DNA of 60,094 nt, filler included, from Nanobdellati archaeon (lineage in GTDB: Archaea > Nanobdellota > Nanobdellia > Woesearchaeales > JAADFO01), in NCBI GenBank assembly GCA_013152815.1. It is 4 parts of 4 records of this genome, joined end to end, with 100 filler letters (N's around TTAATTAATTAA, not from the genome) between each part and the next. Parts side by side here need not be neighbours in the genome. Positions count along the whole stretch, not along the records: positions 36,942 to 55,770 come from JAADFO010000057.1; positions 55,871 to 60,094 come from JAADFO010000065.1; 2 more parts are not named here. One strand, written 5' to 3'. A model generated the notes under the pieces. The model worked only from the letters and a program-made list of their open reading frames with translations. It was not told the origin of the DNA and made no database searches. A program made the position numbers and the translations under genes. Shown here piece by piece: positions 49,278-59,492 of this stretch (its first letter is position 1; the number at the start of each line of letters is the position of its first letter).

Positions 49278-49369
49278 GACCAGACCGACTGCTGTTGCAG
49301 GAGAAAGCGGCAGAAAATGCCCAAGAGTTTAAAAACAAGGAAGACAGACCAGCCAAAAGAGGTGATCAT

Positions 49370-49615
49370 ATGTTCAAGGTCGTGCCCCTATCGAGCGGAT
49401 TTTTCCTGACGAGCATCGTGGGATTCTTCGTGTCACTCTATGCCATCTACCCTGAATCGAAGACCTGGGGATTCACCCTGATGCTCTTCTTCATCTTCAT
49501 GTTCATCGCGGCCATGATCTCCATGAGCACTGCCCAGGTCGATGATATCCTCATGCAGGAGGCCCAGGAAAGGCACGACGACCAGATGAGAAGAGCGAGA
49601 AAGTCAAGGAGGTAG
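49370..49615 (+). CDS. Small two-TM membrane protein
   Basis: GAGGTGA RBS; two hydrophobic helices. Confidence 0.75.
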   Translation: MFKVVPLSSGFFLTSIVGFFVSLYAIYPESKTWGFTLMLFFIFMFIAAMISMSTAQVDDILMQEAQERHDDQMRRARKSRR

Positions 49616-49620
49616 GAACC

Positions 49621-50610
49621 ATGAGAATCACTATGTTAGCGTTCATCGTCCTCGTCCTGTTCACCATCGTGCTGGCAGCGTGTTCGACGACCCAGTATGT
49701 CTGCGAAGACGGCCGGACGGTCACAGACCAGGAGCAGTGTTCCCCGGCAGCAGGACAGAAGGCAGATGCCATACCCACAGAAAAGACCACCAAAGAACCC
49801 ATCGAACCGTCCCAGGAGAATGCCTGCATGGGCCTGACCGACAGCGATGCGTATGATATCGCAAGGGAACGGTGCGACGGCAATCCCATCGAAGGCAGGA
49901 TCGTCTGCAACGAGAACACCCGGACCATCTGGATCGACCTTGACCTGCAGAAAGAAGGATGCTCCCCTGCCTGTGTCATCAACGCAGACAACAAGAGTGC
50001 TGAGATCAACTGGCGATGCACCGGACTCGTTCCCGTCGTACCGCCGATAGAGAAGAACATCGAAGCAGACATCCAGCAACGCTTTGAAGAAGCAGGAAAA
50101 AGCGTCAAGAGCTACAGCTATCAGTACTATGGACCGGGACCCCGTGATGATGATGTGAAGATACTGGTGAAGGGCGACAGGACCAAACTGATCTACAGGG
50201 TCCCCATCACCCACAAGAGTTTCCAATTCGATACGGTCTATCTCACGGCGGAAAACAGCGCAGGTGTCGCCTATTGCGAGAATATCGACAAAGGGGCATG
50301 CATCAACCCTAACCACGAGTTCTCTGTCGCCTCGGCCGATTTCACGTATAAGCTGCCCAGCGAATGGATAGACGAGACCATCGTTGCGGAAGAGACCTCA
50401 TCAGAGTTCATCGGCAACAGGAACGCACTGAAGCTTGCGGTGACCACCGACCTCGGCAAAGGCATCATGTGGATCGACGACTTCTATGGCATGCCGGTCA
50501 AGGTCAGGATAAACAGCACAGAATGGGAATATCGTGACATCGTTTTCAATGCCGTGTCCGACGAAGAGATGACACATCAGCACATCACGCCCCGGCCCGA
50601 AGAACAGTAG
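49621..50610 (+). CDS. Putative lipoprotein, Cys-containing
   Basis: Signal peptide ending LAAC; GGAGGT RBS. Confidence 0.75.
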   Translation: MRITMLAFIVLVLFTIVLAACSTTQYVCEDGRTVTDQEQCSPAAGQKADAIPTEKTTKEPIEPSQENACMGLTDSDAYDIARERCDGNPIEGRIVCNENTRTIWIDLDLQKEGCSPACVINADNKSAEINWRCTGLVPVVPPIEKNIEADIQQRFEEAGKSVKSYSYQYYGPGPRDDDVKILVKGDRTKLIYRVPITHKSFQFDTVYLTAENSAGVAYCENIDKGACINPNHEFSVASADFTYKLPSEWIDETIVAEETSSEFIGNRNALKLAVTTDLGKGIMWIDDFYGMPVKVRINSTEWEYRDIVFNAVSDEEMTHQHITPRPEEQ

Positions 50611-50732
50611 CGCCTTTTTTCTTTTTCGATTATTTCATTTCATCCTGTCATGGAGCCTGAAGTATGTTTCGGTCAGACCACCTGTTCCTTAAGTATGCAA
50701 AAAAAAACATACAAAAAACACAAAGAAAAAAA

Positions 50733-51124
50733 CGCAGGACAACGATAAGCCGCCTTCTGTCAGACCCAAACCACGCACGAGACATGACGATGGTCTGCAC
50801 CAGCATTCAACTTAGCGTCACAAAGGACTTGCACCGGCCGGGACTCGCCGTTTCATCCTCTCTGTCCATCTCGTCGGAAGTTTACTCGGCAGATGTCACC
50901 ATCGCCTTCCCTTCCTCATCCGTAACGAACCACCTGTCATAGACATGCGGTTCTGACGCCAAAGGCATCAACGATGGACAGTGGTACCGTTTCTGAGCCG
51001 TCGCCACCCCTTTCGAAGTCTCACTCCCATGAGCGGCCATGAACCCCTGCGGGAACGGTGGGCGGACTTTCCTGAGCGCCATCCCTTTGAAGGTCTGGCA
51101 CCCGCTGCTGGCAGTTGTCCTGCG
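50733..51124 (-). ncRNA. rnpB: RNase P RNA
   Basis: AGGAAAGTCCGCC and ACAGAAGGCGGCTTAT (P4 strands); 11-bp P1 CGCAGGACAAC/GTTGTCCTGCG; CAGAAA and GGATGAAAC loop motifs. Confidence 0.95.
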
Positions 51125-51176
51125 CAAGTAAGACTAAGAGACAAGGCTTTAAAAAGATTTGCCTGTTTTTACAGAC

Positions 51177-52325
51177 ATGCTCAAACGTCTGCTCTCAAAT
51201 AAGGAGGTCAATGCCCTTTCCAGCCATCACGCCCTATTCATGGCAGCGGACAGCATCCTGGGATTCTTCGGCGGCGTTTTCTTCCTCAGGATGGGGATGC
51301 CTGCATGGGCAGTCATCATGCTTTGGGGAAGCTGGCTTGTTATCAGGGTGCCTTTCCGTTTCCTGATAATCCCTTTCTGGCACCGGATGACTCCCAAGAA
51401 CTGGTTGAAGATAGGGGTCTGCATCATCGCCCTTTCCTTCATGACCCTGATCCGAGTCCAAGAGGATCACCGGATGATACCCCTGTTCTTCATCCTGCTT
51501 TCGATGGGGGAGGCCATCTACTGGACATCGTACCATTACCTGTTCTCGTTCTGCAGCCAACATGAGTTCCAGGGCACACAGCTCTCCCTGAAGAACATCG
51601 CCGTCATAACGACCACGGCCATCATGCCCGGCATCATCGGGTGGCTTGGCGAGACCGTCAGTCTCGGCTGGTCCTTCTTCGGCAGCACACTCCTGATGCT
51701 GCTGTCTTTCTTTCCTCTGCGATTCATCAGGATGGAAAGAGGCACGAAACCCATAGGGTGGAGAGGACTCAACAGTCATGCCTGGTTCGGAGCAAAATCA
51801 TTCCTTACGCGGTCGACCTATAATTATGCGACCGGCTTTGTCTGGGGCCTGATCATCTATCTGTTCATCGGTGACATCTCTGATTTCGGCATGGTGCTCA
51901 GCATCGGTCTTTTGATGCAGGGCATGCTCTACCTGATAACCGGGAACCTGTTCGACCGCGGTCACGGAAGGCGCATGCTTGAGACCGGTGCCGGAATAAC
52001 CGTGCTGCAGACCGTGACCCAGGCAGGGTTCATCTACACGCCTCTTGGCGCTGTCCTGACCAACGCGGTTGGAGGCGTGCGCGACCCGCTGCTGTTCCAG
52101 ACCGGAGATGCCCTTTATTACCAGGAAGCACGACGGTCCAACGACCGCTTCTGGTATCATTTCCTCGGTGAGATGGGATGGGATCTGGGCGCAGGACTTG
52201 CCCTCTTTCTAGGAGGACTTCTCGTCTTCCTCGGCCTCGGTCTCCGGTGGCTCATGATCCTGGGCATCGCAGGACTCCTGCTCCATACGTGGGTGAATGA
52301 ACAGAATATGCAGGACACACAGTAA
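51177..52325 (+). CDS. MFS-like multi-TM transporter
   Basis: About 12 hydrophobic segments; GNLFDRGH loop motif. Confidence 0.7.
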   Translation: MLKRLLSNKEVNALSSHHALFMAADSILGFFGGVFFLRMGMPAWAVIMLWGSWLVIRVPFRFLIIPFWHRMTPKNWLKIGVCIIALSFMTLIRVQEDHRMIPLFFILLSMGEAIYWTSYHYLFSFCSQHEFQGTQLSLKNIAVITTTAIMPGIIGWLGETVSLGWSFFGSTLLMLLSFFPLRFIRMERGTKPIGWRGLNSHAWFGAKSFLTRSTYNYATGFVWGLIIYLFIGDISDFGMVLSIGLLMQGMLYLITGNLFDRGHGRRMLETGAGITVLQTVTQAGFIYTPLGAVLTNAVGGVRDPLLFQTGDALYYQEARRSNDRFWYHFLGEMGWDLGAGLALFLGGLLVFLGLGLRWLMILGIAGLLLHTWVNEQNMQDTQ

Positions 52326-52357
52326 GATTTTTAAATCGACACCCATTCTAAGATAGC

Positions 52358-52534
52358 ATGGCAAAGGACAATCGCATCAACATGCCGTCGGGGATAGGCG
52401 GACTGGTCAGATACTTCGACGAGTACAAGTCGAAGATCGAGATCAAGCCAGGACATGTCCTCGTCGCCATCGGACTGATCATCTTCCTGATGATCCTTCT
52501 CAACATGTTCGGAAATTCTTGGTTGGGAATCTAA
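52358..52534 (+). CDS. secG: Preprotein translocase subunit Sec61-beta (archaeal SecG), below ORF-track cutoff
   Basis: Manual translation MAKDNRINMPSGIGGLVRYFDEYKSKIEIKPGHVLVAIGLIIFLMILLNMFGNSWLGI. Confidence 0.9.
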   Translation: MAKDNRINMPSGIGGLVRYFDEYKSKIEIKPGHVLVAIGLIIFLMILLNMFGNSWLGI

Positions 52535-52876
52535 ATGATACCTGGACTGAATCCGCGGAAAGCCGCCCAGATGATGAAGAAGATGGGAATCCAGCAGGAG
52601 GAGGTCTCTGCTGAAGAGGTCATCATCAGGACTGCCGAGAAAGAGATCGTCATTCATCAGCCGTCGGTGCAGAAGATCAACATGATGGGCCAGAAGTCGT
52701 ATCAGATCTCGGGCGAAGAGGAGGAACGGTCGCTGTCCACGGAAGCAGAGATCACCGAAGAGGACATCACGACGGTCGTCAAACAGACAGGGAAGAGCGA
52801 AGAAGAAGCCCTGGCTGCGATAAAAAGACATGACGGCGACCTTGCCGCCGCCATCATGGAACTCTCTGATAAATAG
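52535..52876 (+). CDS. nac: Nascent polypeptide-associated complex protein
   Basis: NPR...MMKKMGI, MGQKSYQISG and UBA-like GDLAAAIMEL motifs. Confidence 0.95.
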   Translation: MIPGLNPRKAAQMMKKMGIQQEEVSAEEVIIRTAEKEIVIHQPSVQKINMMGQKSYQISGEEEERSLSTEAEITEEDITTVVKQTGKSEEEALAAIKRHDGDLAAAIMELSDK

Positions 52877-52953
52877 GACGGCAGGAAGAGACAGGAAAAC
52901 ACTTCTTTTTTAGCACCGAAAAGGATATATAGCACGCTGCTATTTATAAAGGG

Positions 52954-53439
52954 ATGGAGACCTATCAAAAAGAGAGGGAACAGGCCAGGAAGAGCCTGAT
53001 GATCGCGGACCATGTCCTCACCCAGACCTATCCTCTCGTGAAGGATCCTAAGATCCTCACGGTCGTCGTGGATAACCTCCATCGGGCGACCGAGCACGCG
53101 GTCTCTGCCATCCTCGGGTTCGACAGGCTCCACAAGAAGATACCGCCGTTCCACGATTCCTTCGCCGACAAGACACGGGTCTTCCGCAGCAGGAACCGCC
53201 GAAGATATGATTTCAAGGAAGAGTATCTTGACCTCATCACGACCCTCCAGGACCTCGTCCAGGAACGGATCCGGGCACCGGTGGAATTCTCCCGCAGGGA
53301 GAGCTATGTCATCGCTGATGAAGAATACAAGCTCTCCAAACTCACTGCGGAAAAACTCAAGAGGAAGCTGGAATTGGCAAAGCTATTTATAGAAGACATG
53401 GAAAGATGGATACGAGACCATGAACGAACAATTAGATGA
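52954..53439 (+). CDS. Hypothetical helical protein (possible HEPN-like fold)
   Basis: 161 aa, helical; ADH and EFSR motifs shared with the next ORF. Confidence 0.7.
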   Translation: METYQKEREQARKSLMIADHVLTQTYPLVKDPKILTVVVDNLHRATEHAVSAILGFDRLHKKIPPFHDSFADKTRVFRSRNRRRYDFKEEYLDLITTLQDLVQERIRAPVEFSRRESYVIADEEYKLSKLTAEKLKRKLELAKLFIEDMERWIRDHERTIR

Positions 53440-53884
53440 TGCGACGGAAGAACTGAAACGGGCAGACCACCTCATCTTCGTCAGCCTCAAATACACGAGG
53501 ACGGTCGACGTCTTCATCAGCATCTTCGAGAGGATGATCAACTTCATGGGCTTTGTCCTCGATGCATTCCTCCAGAAGGGCCTCGATGAACAGAGGATGG
53601 ACAACATCCCTGTCTCGCCCATGCTGAAGTGTGAGAAGGTGAATGAACTCTACCCTGACGAAGCGATAAAGAAATTCACCGAATTCTACATCTTTCTCCG
53701 CAAGGTGCTCAGGAGCGACTATGACAAGGCACGGGAGTTCCGCAGGCATGTCACCATGACCAGCTATTATGAGAAAGACAAGAGCATGGATATCACGACC
53801 GACCTGATAGGTGAATGGTTCGATTACATGAAAGAGATATCGACGATGGCCAGAGAGAAGATAGAAGGAGAGGACGCTTCCTGA
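53420..53884 (+). CDS. Hypothetical helical protein (possible HEPN-like fold)
   Basis: 154 aa; ADH and EFRR motifs; overlaps the upstream gene. Confidence 0.7.
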   Translation: MNEQLDDATEELKRADHLIFVSLKYTRTVDVFISIFERMINFMGFVLDAFLQKGLDEQRMDNIPVSPMLKCEKVNELYPDEAIKKFTEFYIFLRKVLRSDYDKAREFRRHVTMTSYYEKDKSMDITTDLIGEWFDYMKEISTMAREKIEGEDAS

Positions 53885-53886
53885 AG

Positions 53887-54699
53887 ATGGCCCGGGTCAT
53901 AGCGGTCATGTCAGGGAAAGGCGGAGTGGGAAAGACGACCACTGCGTTGAATCTGGGCGTCGCCCTGGCCGATTTCGGGTCCTTGCCTATCCTTCTGGAT
54001 GCGTCGCGCCAGCACCCCCATCTCGGGCTCCATCTCGGCTCCACCAGGCCGGAGCACACGATCCAGCAGGTGTTGCGGGGGAAGAAGAAAGCGCGACAGA
54101 CGCTCTACAGCCATCCGACGGGGATGCGCGTCATGCAGGGGGACGTTTCCCTGGAAAGAGGAGATAATGAAGAGGATGTGTGGAACGGGCTGGGGAGACT
54201 CCTCAACGACCTCAAGATCGAATCGGACATCATCGTCATGGACACATCTCCCGGATTCGGCGCAGAGACACAGAAGGTCATAGAACACGCGTCCGACGTC
54301 CTCCTCGTCACGACACCCGACCTTCCTGCGGTCGCCGACAGCATCCAGTTCATCCGGATGATGAAAAAGAGGGGGAAAGAACCCGCCGGCATCATCCTCA
54401 ACAAGGTCAGGAACGACAGCGTAGAGATGTCGAGGAAGAACATAGAGGCCCTGCTCGATGTGCCCATCATCGGCATCATCCCCTACGATGATGCGGTGAG
54501 GAAGTCCCTCTATCTCAGGCACCCGGTCGTCTATACCCACCCGCAGAGCAGGGCGACAAACGGTTTCAAGAAGCTCACCGCCCGTCTCCTGGGCGAACAA
54601 TATGAGGAAACCCTGGAAAAGAAGGAACAGGGCTCCTTGTTTGCTCACACGCTGAGACAGCTGGGGCTGGAAAGGCCTGATGAGGAGCACCGGGCATAG
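53887..54699 (+). CDS. minD: MinD/ParA-family ATPase
   Basis: Deviant Walker A SGKGGVGKTT; DTSPG; ILNKV. Confidence 0.85.
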   Translation: MARVIAVMSGKGGVGKTTTALNLGVALADFGSLPILLDASRQHPHLGLHLGSTRPEHTIQQVLRGKKKARQTLYSHPTGMRVMQGDVSLERGDNEEDVWNGLGRLLNDLKIESDIIVMDTSPGFGAETQKVIEHASDVLLVTTPDLPAVADSIQFIRMMKKRGKEPAGIILNKVRNDSVEMSRKNIEALLDVPIIGIIPYDDAVRKSLYLRHPVVYTHPQSRATNGFKKLTARLLGEQYEETLEKKEQGSLFAHTLRQLGLERPDEEHRA

Positions 54700-54717
54700 G
54701 GGACGCAGGGAAGGACC

Positions 54718-55290
54718 TTGAGAAAGGCAAAGGAGCCAGAGCAGAAGACCATGGCACGGACGACCAAGAAGGGCATGAACAGGAGGCGCTGGGGGACAAC
54801 GAAAGCGCACAGAACAGACAAGGCGAGAAAGACCGTCCTGGAAAAGAGGATCCGGGAGATCGAGACGGGCAGGAAGGCAAATGTCGACAGCCTGAAGACG
54901 GCCGCCCAGAACATCCTCTACTGGCAGACCATCCTCATCATGCTGATAGCGAACCTGTTCATCTCGATGGCGCTCCTGCCCATCCTCATCATGCTGAAGG
55001 GCGCTGTGGCTGCTGCCGTGGTCGTCATCCTGGGCATCCTGCTCGGGCTCATCTTCAACCATCTCATCAGGGACATCGAAGGGCTGAAGAAACATCATCA
55101 CTTCTTCGCAGGCATCTTCATCCCTGCAACGGCCATCATCGACCTGTTCATCATCACCCGGCTCGCGAACAGCCTGGGGCCGGCTCTGGGCATCGCAGGC
55201 AGCCAGGACTCGTTCCTGCTTTCTCTTGTCTTCATCGTGGCATTCCTCCTGCCCTATGTCATCTCGCAGCTCGTGCTAAGGAAGAGATGA
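54718..55290 (+). CDS. Four-TM membrane protein
   Basis: Basic N-terminus followed by four hydrophobic helices. Confidence 0.7.
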   Translation: MRKAKEPEQKTMARTTKKGMNRRRWGTTKAHRTDKARKTVLEKRIREIETGRKANVDSLKTAAQNILYWQTILIMLIANLFISMALLPILIMLKGAVAAAVVVILGILLGLIFNHLIRDIEGLKKHHHFFAGIFIPATAIIDLFIITRLANSLGPALGIAGSQDSFLLSLVFIVAFLLPYVISQLVLRKR

Positions 55291-55417
55291 CCAGGGATGT
55301 CCGGAAAGAGACCGGCGGCATCAAGGAAAGGGACAGGAACGTCGAGAAAGACAAGACCGGAAGGATATGAGATTTCAACGTTCAGCAAGGTCCAAGACGG
55401 ATCCTAAGAAAAAAAAG

Positions 55418-55492
55418 GGTGGCCAGCGGGATTTGAACCCGCCCCGAGGGATCCACAGTCCCTAATGCTAACCGAGCTACACTATGGCCACC
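55418..55492 (-). tRNA. tRNA-His(GUG) with genomically encoded G-1, no CCA
   Basis: Cloverleaf: GTGGCCA/TGGCCAC acceptor, AGGGA-CTGTGGA-TCCCT anticodon arm, GCGGG-TTCAAAT-CCCGC T arm. Confidence 0.96.
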
Positions 55493-55770
55493 GCAAGGGT
55501 CTTCTGGGGGCTTAGGGGGAATTAAAAACTTTTGTATTTGTATTCCTGCTCTGACAGCTAAAACCCTCTCTTTCAACGGGAGACATACCCTGCAAATAGC
55601 AGGGTTCGAACTATCAGAGATCAAGAGAACCCATACACCACATAGAGAACACATATATGTCACACACATCATACACGTCTTATTTACAATATAGCAAAGA
55701 ACTTATAACAGGATACCAAAGACAAGCTTTATAAAGGGAACGGGGTCTCTGCTGTGTTACGCAGCCCGAG

Positions 55771-55870
55771 NNNNNNNNNNNNNNNNNNNNNNNNNNNNNN
55801 NNNNNNNNNNNNNNTTAATTAATTAANNNNNNNNNNNNNNNNNNNNNNNNNNNNNNNNNNNNNNNNNNNN
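55771..55870. other. Artificial contig linker
   Basis: N runs flanking TTAATTAATTAA. Confidence 0.95.
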
Positions 55871-56743
55871 GACGGGCTTTCCTGCGCTCATCGCTTCCAG
55901 CACGGTCATGCCGAAATCCTCGTCTTTTGCCGTCGTGATGAAGCCTTTGCAGGTCCCGTACAGTTCTGCAAGCTTCTTCTCGGTCACTTCACCGGCAAGC
56001 GTGACATTAGACGGCAGGCTTTTTGTTAGCTTCGCATAATAATGCCTTGCATGATCCCCACGCATATAGCCGCCGACGATGACCAGCTTCTCCTCAGGAA
56101 GTCTGCGGAACGCCTCGATCTGCAGCTCAAGACGCTTATGCGGATAGAACCTGTTGACCGAGAGCCAAAAATCACCATATTTCCTGAAAGCGTACTGCCT
56201 GATGGGTGGATACACCACGACAGAAGACATATGGAAATATTTCCTGATGCGCCGCTGGACATTCTTCGAGTTCGCAACGGCCTTGTCAACATAGGGCAGC
56301 TGCCTCTCGAGAAACCAGGCATGCAGCTTCACCCAGAGCAGGAACACCCATCTTCCCCACCAGGGCGCAATACGATAGAACTCCTCTTTGCTGTCGTAGA
56401 ACATCCTTGGAGGGGTATGGATATAATGTAAATTAGGATGATGCTTCCTGCAGGCGAAGATGCTCCAGTTGCCGGACATGATATAGGCATCATAGCCGGA
56501 AAAAGATGCCCGGTGCATCTTCCAGGAGGAATGGACCTGTTTCAGCATAGGTATCTGCACGATCGGACCGATATCGATGACCCTGAAGTTCCTGTCCTTC
56601 TTCGGGATGATGCGCTCAAGGTTCTCCTCGTTGAGCTCGGTCGTGATGATGTCTGCATGGAACGCTTTCGCCAGCTCGATGACCAGCTTCTCGCCGCCTC
56701 CGATGCTTCCAAGGTGGTCGTGGAAAATAGCAAGCCTCATCAT
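55871..56743 (-). CDS. Glycosyltransferase family 4, 3'-truncated
   Basis: GGGEK, HTPPR and EDFGMTVLEAMSAGKPV motifs. Confidence 0.92.
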
Positions 56744-58266
56744 CGCACCTCGTAGAGCCTGCTTCCCCCCGCCCTGTCGACCAGCACCATGCCGGGACAG
56801 GAGATGCTCCGGCGGGACAGCACATGGTCGACATCGTATTTCCGGAGCAGGGAACTCCTGCCCGAACAGTCCGCCCGCATGAACTTCCCGTACAACGCCT
56901 GGTCCCTGCCGTCGAGGTTGGCCGAGATGGTGGCCGCTGCCTTCATGCCGGTCATCGGATAGATGGTCGCAGAGAGGAACGGATCGGCAAGCATGACCCT
57001 GCCCTGCTGCTGCGCCTCTGACAGCAGGATCTTCTCATCGGCACCCATGGCCTTCTGCACCGAGAACCGGTCAGGCTTCGCGATATAATACCCCGGGAAC
57101 AGCGAGAGGAAGATGACAAGCAGGACGATGATGGCAAGGACCGAGGTGACCAGCTGGCTTCTCATCCTTCCGAAGATCCCCGAGAGGAAACTCCACCCCT
57201 GCAGGCGCTGGATGCTCCAGGCAAGCCCATACCCTGCTCCGAGGATGAGGATGGCCTGCCAGAAGAAGAGCAGCCGCTGGTAGGGAACGAGCAGGGTGAA
57301 CCGCTGCGACAGATAGGTGTAGGTCGAGACGATGGCGAAGAGGGAGAAGGTCCATCCGAGCAGGCTGAAGAGCGTGTCCTTCCGATAGAGGAGCCAGAGG
57401 CCGAGGAGCCCGAAAAAGATGAAGACAGGATGCAGCAGATCGGGCAGGAGATAGTGGTATTCGACAGCTGTCCAGCCCTGCCTGAAGAGAAGCTGGGAAA
57501 GGGCGTGCTTCTGGGAGAGGGCCAGAAGCGCCAGGACCACAGGACCCACGAAGAGGGATACCCTGACCGGCTGAGAAAGGTCCTGCCGACGTTCCCAGAG
57601 GAGACGCAGGCCATGGATTCCCAGATGGAGAAGGATGAACAGGGTCGCGAAGGGATAGATGAGATAGGAAGCGATGAGGACCAGGATGATGCCGCCCCAC
57701 CTCCAGCGAACATCCCTGACCCGATGGAAGATGAGCAGATGGCCCATGAAGAGGAAGAGCCAGAGGTTCAGCGGTATGAGGAACCAGTTGCCCAGGATAT
57801 TGGCGTTTGAGGGCATGAAAGCAAGGAGGACGATGGAAAAAAGGCCGCCCTCCGGCTTCCTGAGGACATCCCTGAAGTAGAGATAGACCAGGAGAGCCGT
57901 CATCATGAAGAACACCGCAGGAAGGAAGGACGACATGCCCATCAGGGAGATGCCCGGAAGGAGGGTGATGGCTGCCAGAATCACATGGAAGCCCCTTTCC
58001 CTGGAGGAATGGTAGACATATTCCTGGAACTGGGGATTGCGGTCGGTGAAGCCTTCCTCGAGGATCTGCCTGGCCTGGGCAAGGTGCTGCCAGCCGTCGA
58101 TATGGAGCGGATAGGGATAATATCCCAGGGAGTGATGGATGAGCTTCCCTGCACCGGGGTCCATGTAGGGGCCAGGATGCAGGACATGGGGGCTGTAGAC
58201 CAGGAAACCGCTTCCCAGGATGATGAAGAGGGCTGCAAGATCGAGCCAGCGAAGATGAAAAGCCAT
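56740..58266 (-). CDS. Multi-TM membrane protein, probable GT-C-type glycosyltransferase
   Basis: TM1 followed by D.W.H loop and more than 10 TMs; overlaps the GT4 gene start. Confidence 0.65.
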   Translation of the reverse strand: MAFHLRWLDLAALFIILGSGFLVYSPHVLHPGPYMDPGAGKLIHHSLGYYPYPLHIDGWQHLAQARQILEEGFTDRNPQFQEYVYHSSRERGFHVILAAITLLPGISLMGMSSFLPAVFFMMTALLVYLYFRDVLRKPEGGLFSIVLLAFMPSNANILGNWFLIPLNLWLFLFMGHLLIFHRVRDVRWRWGGIILVLIASYLIYPFATLFILLHLGIHGLRLLWERRQDLSQPVRVSLFVGPVVLALLALSQKHALSQLLFRQGWTAVEYHYLLPDLLHPVFIFFGLLGLWLLYRKDTLFSLLGWTFSLFAIVSTYTYLSQRFTLLVPYQRLLFFWQAILILGAGYGLAWSIQRLQGWSFLSGIFGRMRSQLVTSVLAIIVLLVIFLSLFPGYYIAKPDRFSVQKAMGADEKILLSEAQQQGRVMLADPFLSATIYPMTGMKAAATISANLDGRDQALYGKFMRADCSGRSSLLRKYDVDHVLSRRSISCPGMVLVDRAGGSRLYEVR

Positions 58267-58407
58267 GGACCAAGGATAAGACAGGCATATATATAGTTTA
58301 ATAGTTTACATCAAAAAGCAGANNNNNNNNNNNNNNNNNNNNNNNNNNNNNNNNNNNNNNNNNNNNNNNNNNNNNNNNAAGAGCCATCAGGAAGAAAAAG
58401 ATGCGCT

Positions 58408-59226
58408 TCATTTGCCGACGTAGCGACGCTCGACGGCATCATGCTGCACCAGTTCAAGCCCGTCCAGAAGCACTTTTCTTCTCACTGCGTGCTGCATCTC
58501 CCGGGTCTGGAAACGGCAGGGATTGCTGAAAAGGATCTTGAGTGCCGACTGTCTCCCATTATAGGAAGAGGCATCGAAGGGAACATCATAAAGTACAGAG
58601 TCTGCCGAGGTTATCGCTGCCCGCGCCACGGTCTCACCGTCGAGTGATATGAGCAGGATGGGCCATCCGTCCTCTTTGATGGCCTGCTCTTTCTCTGCAG
58701 GAGTCAGGGGATGACGGACGATGTTGCCGTCCTTCACCTCGATGGATTCGCTGAAATAGTCGTAGGGTATCTCTTTGCCTTCATAGACGAATGACCGCTG
58801 GGGAGGATCCTGGCAATAGATGCCTGTCGCATTGATCTCCAGGGTGAGCCGGTCAGACTTCACCTGGATGGGCATCTCAAGGAACCCCTTTCCCTGGAGG
58901 ACCCCGTCGGCATACCCCTCGGTGGTGATACGGCTCATATCCTGCAGCATGTCGATATGCTCATCCTCAGTATAGGTGACTGCCTGGTCATAGTATTGAT
59001 TGAGGCTGTTGAGATTCAGGGCGACGAGAGTGCCAAGACCGATGATGAGGATCGTGACCAACAGGAGGATGGCGCGGTGCCTGTGCTGGCGGTTGATATG
59101 GATGAACGCTTCCTCTATCTCCACAGGGTCATGCCCTGCGGCACGAAGCTTCTTCTTGATGGCTTCATAGTCAAATCCCTGCTTTCTCTGGGCAAGGATA
59201 TATTCCACGATGGAATCCATGCGCAC
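58408..59226 (-). CDS. Single-TM hypothetical protein
   Basis: N-terminal YI....QG....IKKKL..AG module, one TM, extracellular domain. Confidence 0.7.
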   Translation of the reverse strand: MRMDSIVEYILAQRKQGFDYEAIKKKLRAAGHDPVEIEEAFIHINRQHRHRAILLLVTILIIGLGTLVALNLNSLNQYYDQAVTYTEDEHIDMLQDMSRITTEGYADGVLQGKGFLEMPIQVKSDRLTLEINATGIYCQDPPQRSFVYEGKEIPYDYFSESIEVKDGNIVRHPLTPAEKEQAIKEDGWPILLISLDGETVARAAITSADSVLYDVPFDASSYNGRQSALKILFSNPCRFQTREMQHAVRRKVLLDGLELVQHDAVERRYVGK

Positions 59227-59492
59227 CTCCTCTACCTGCTAGATATCAGACGGCTTTAATAAAACTTGCTTCTTACTCAGCAGGGATGATAGGCGATACA
59301 GGCAAGAAAGCAGGAAAGAGCATCAAAACACAACTCCGAACACAACTCCGCAACCAGGAAAAGATAGCGTCACAGCAGAACATCACAGCATGCGATACAT
59401 ATTTATAGAAGAACACTTACTCAGAGCATATAAAGGAAATATAAATGTGGTCTGAGCAACCAAGGTCAGGACCAAAAAAGAGGGTGAAGTGA

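Noticed and set aside
55729..55770. TATA-like box followed by GCAGCCCGAG at a contig end, a possible RNA gene start
   Set aside because: Only about 10 nt precede the gap, too little to call.
59326..59350. 12-bp tandem duplication AACACAACTCCG
   Set aside because: Two copies in low-complexity intergenic DNA with no further support.
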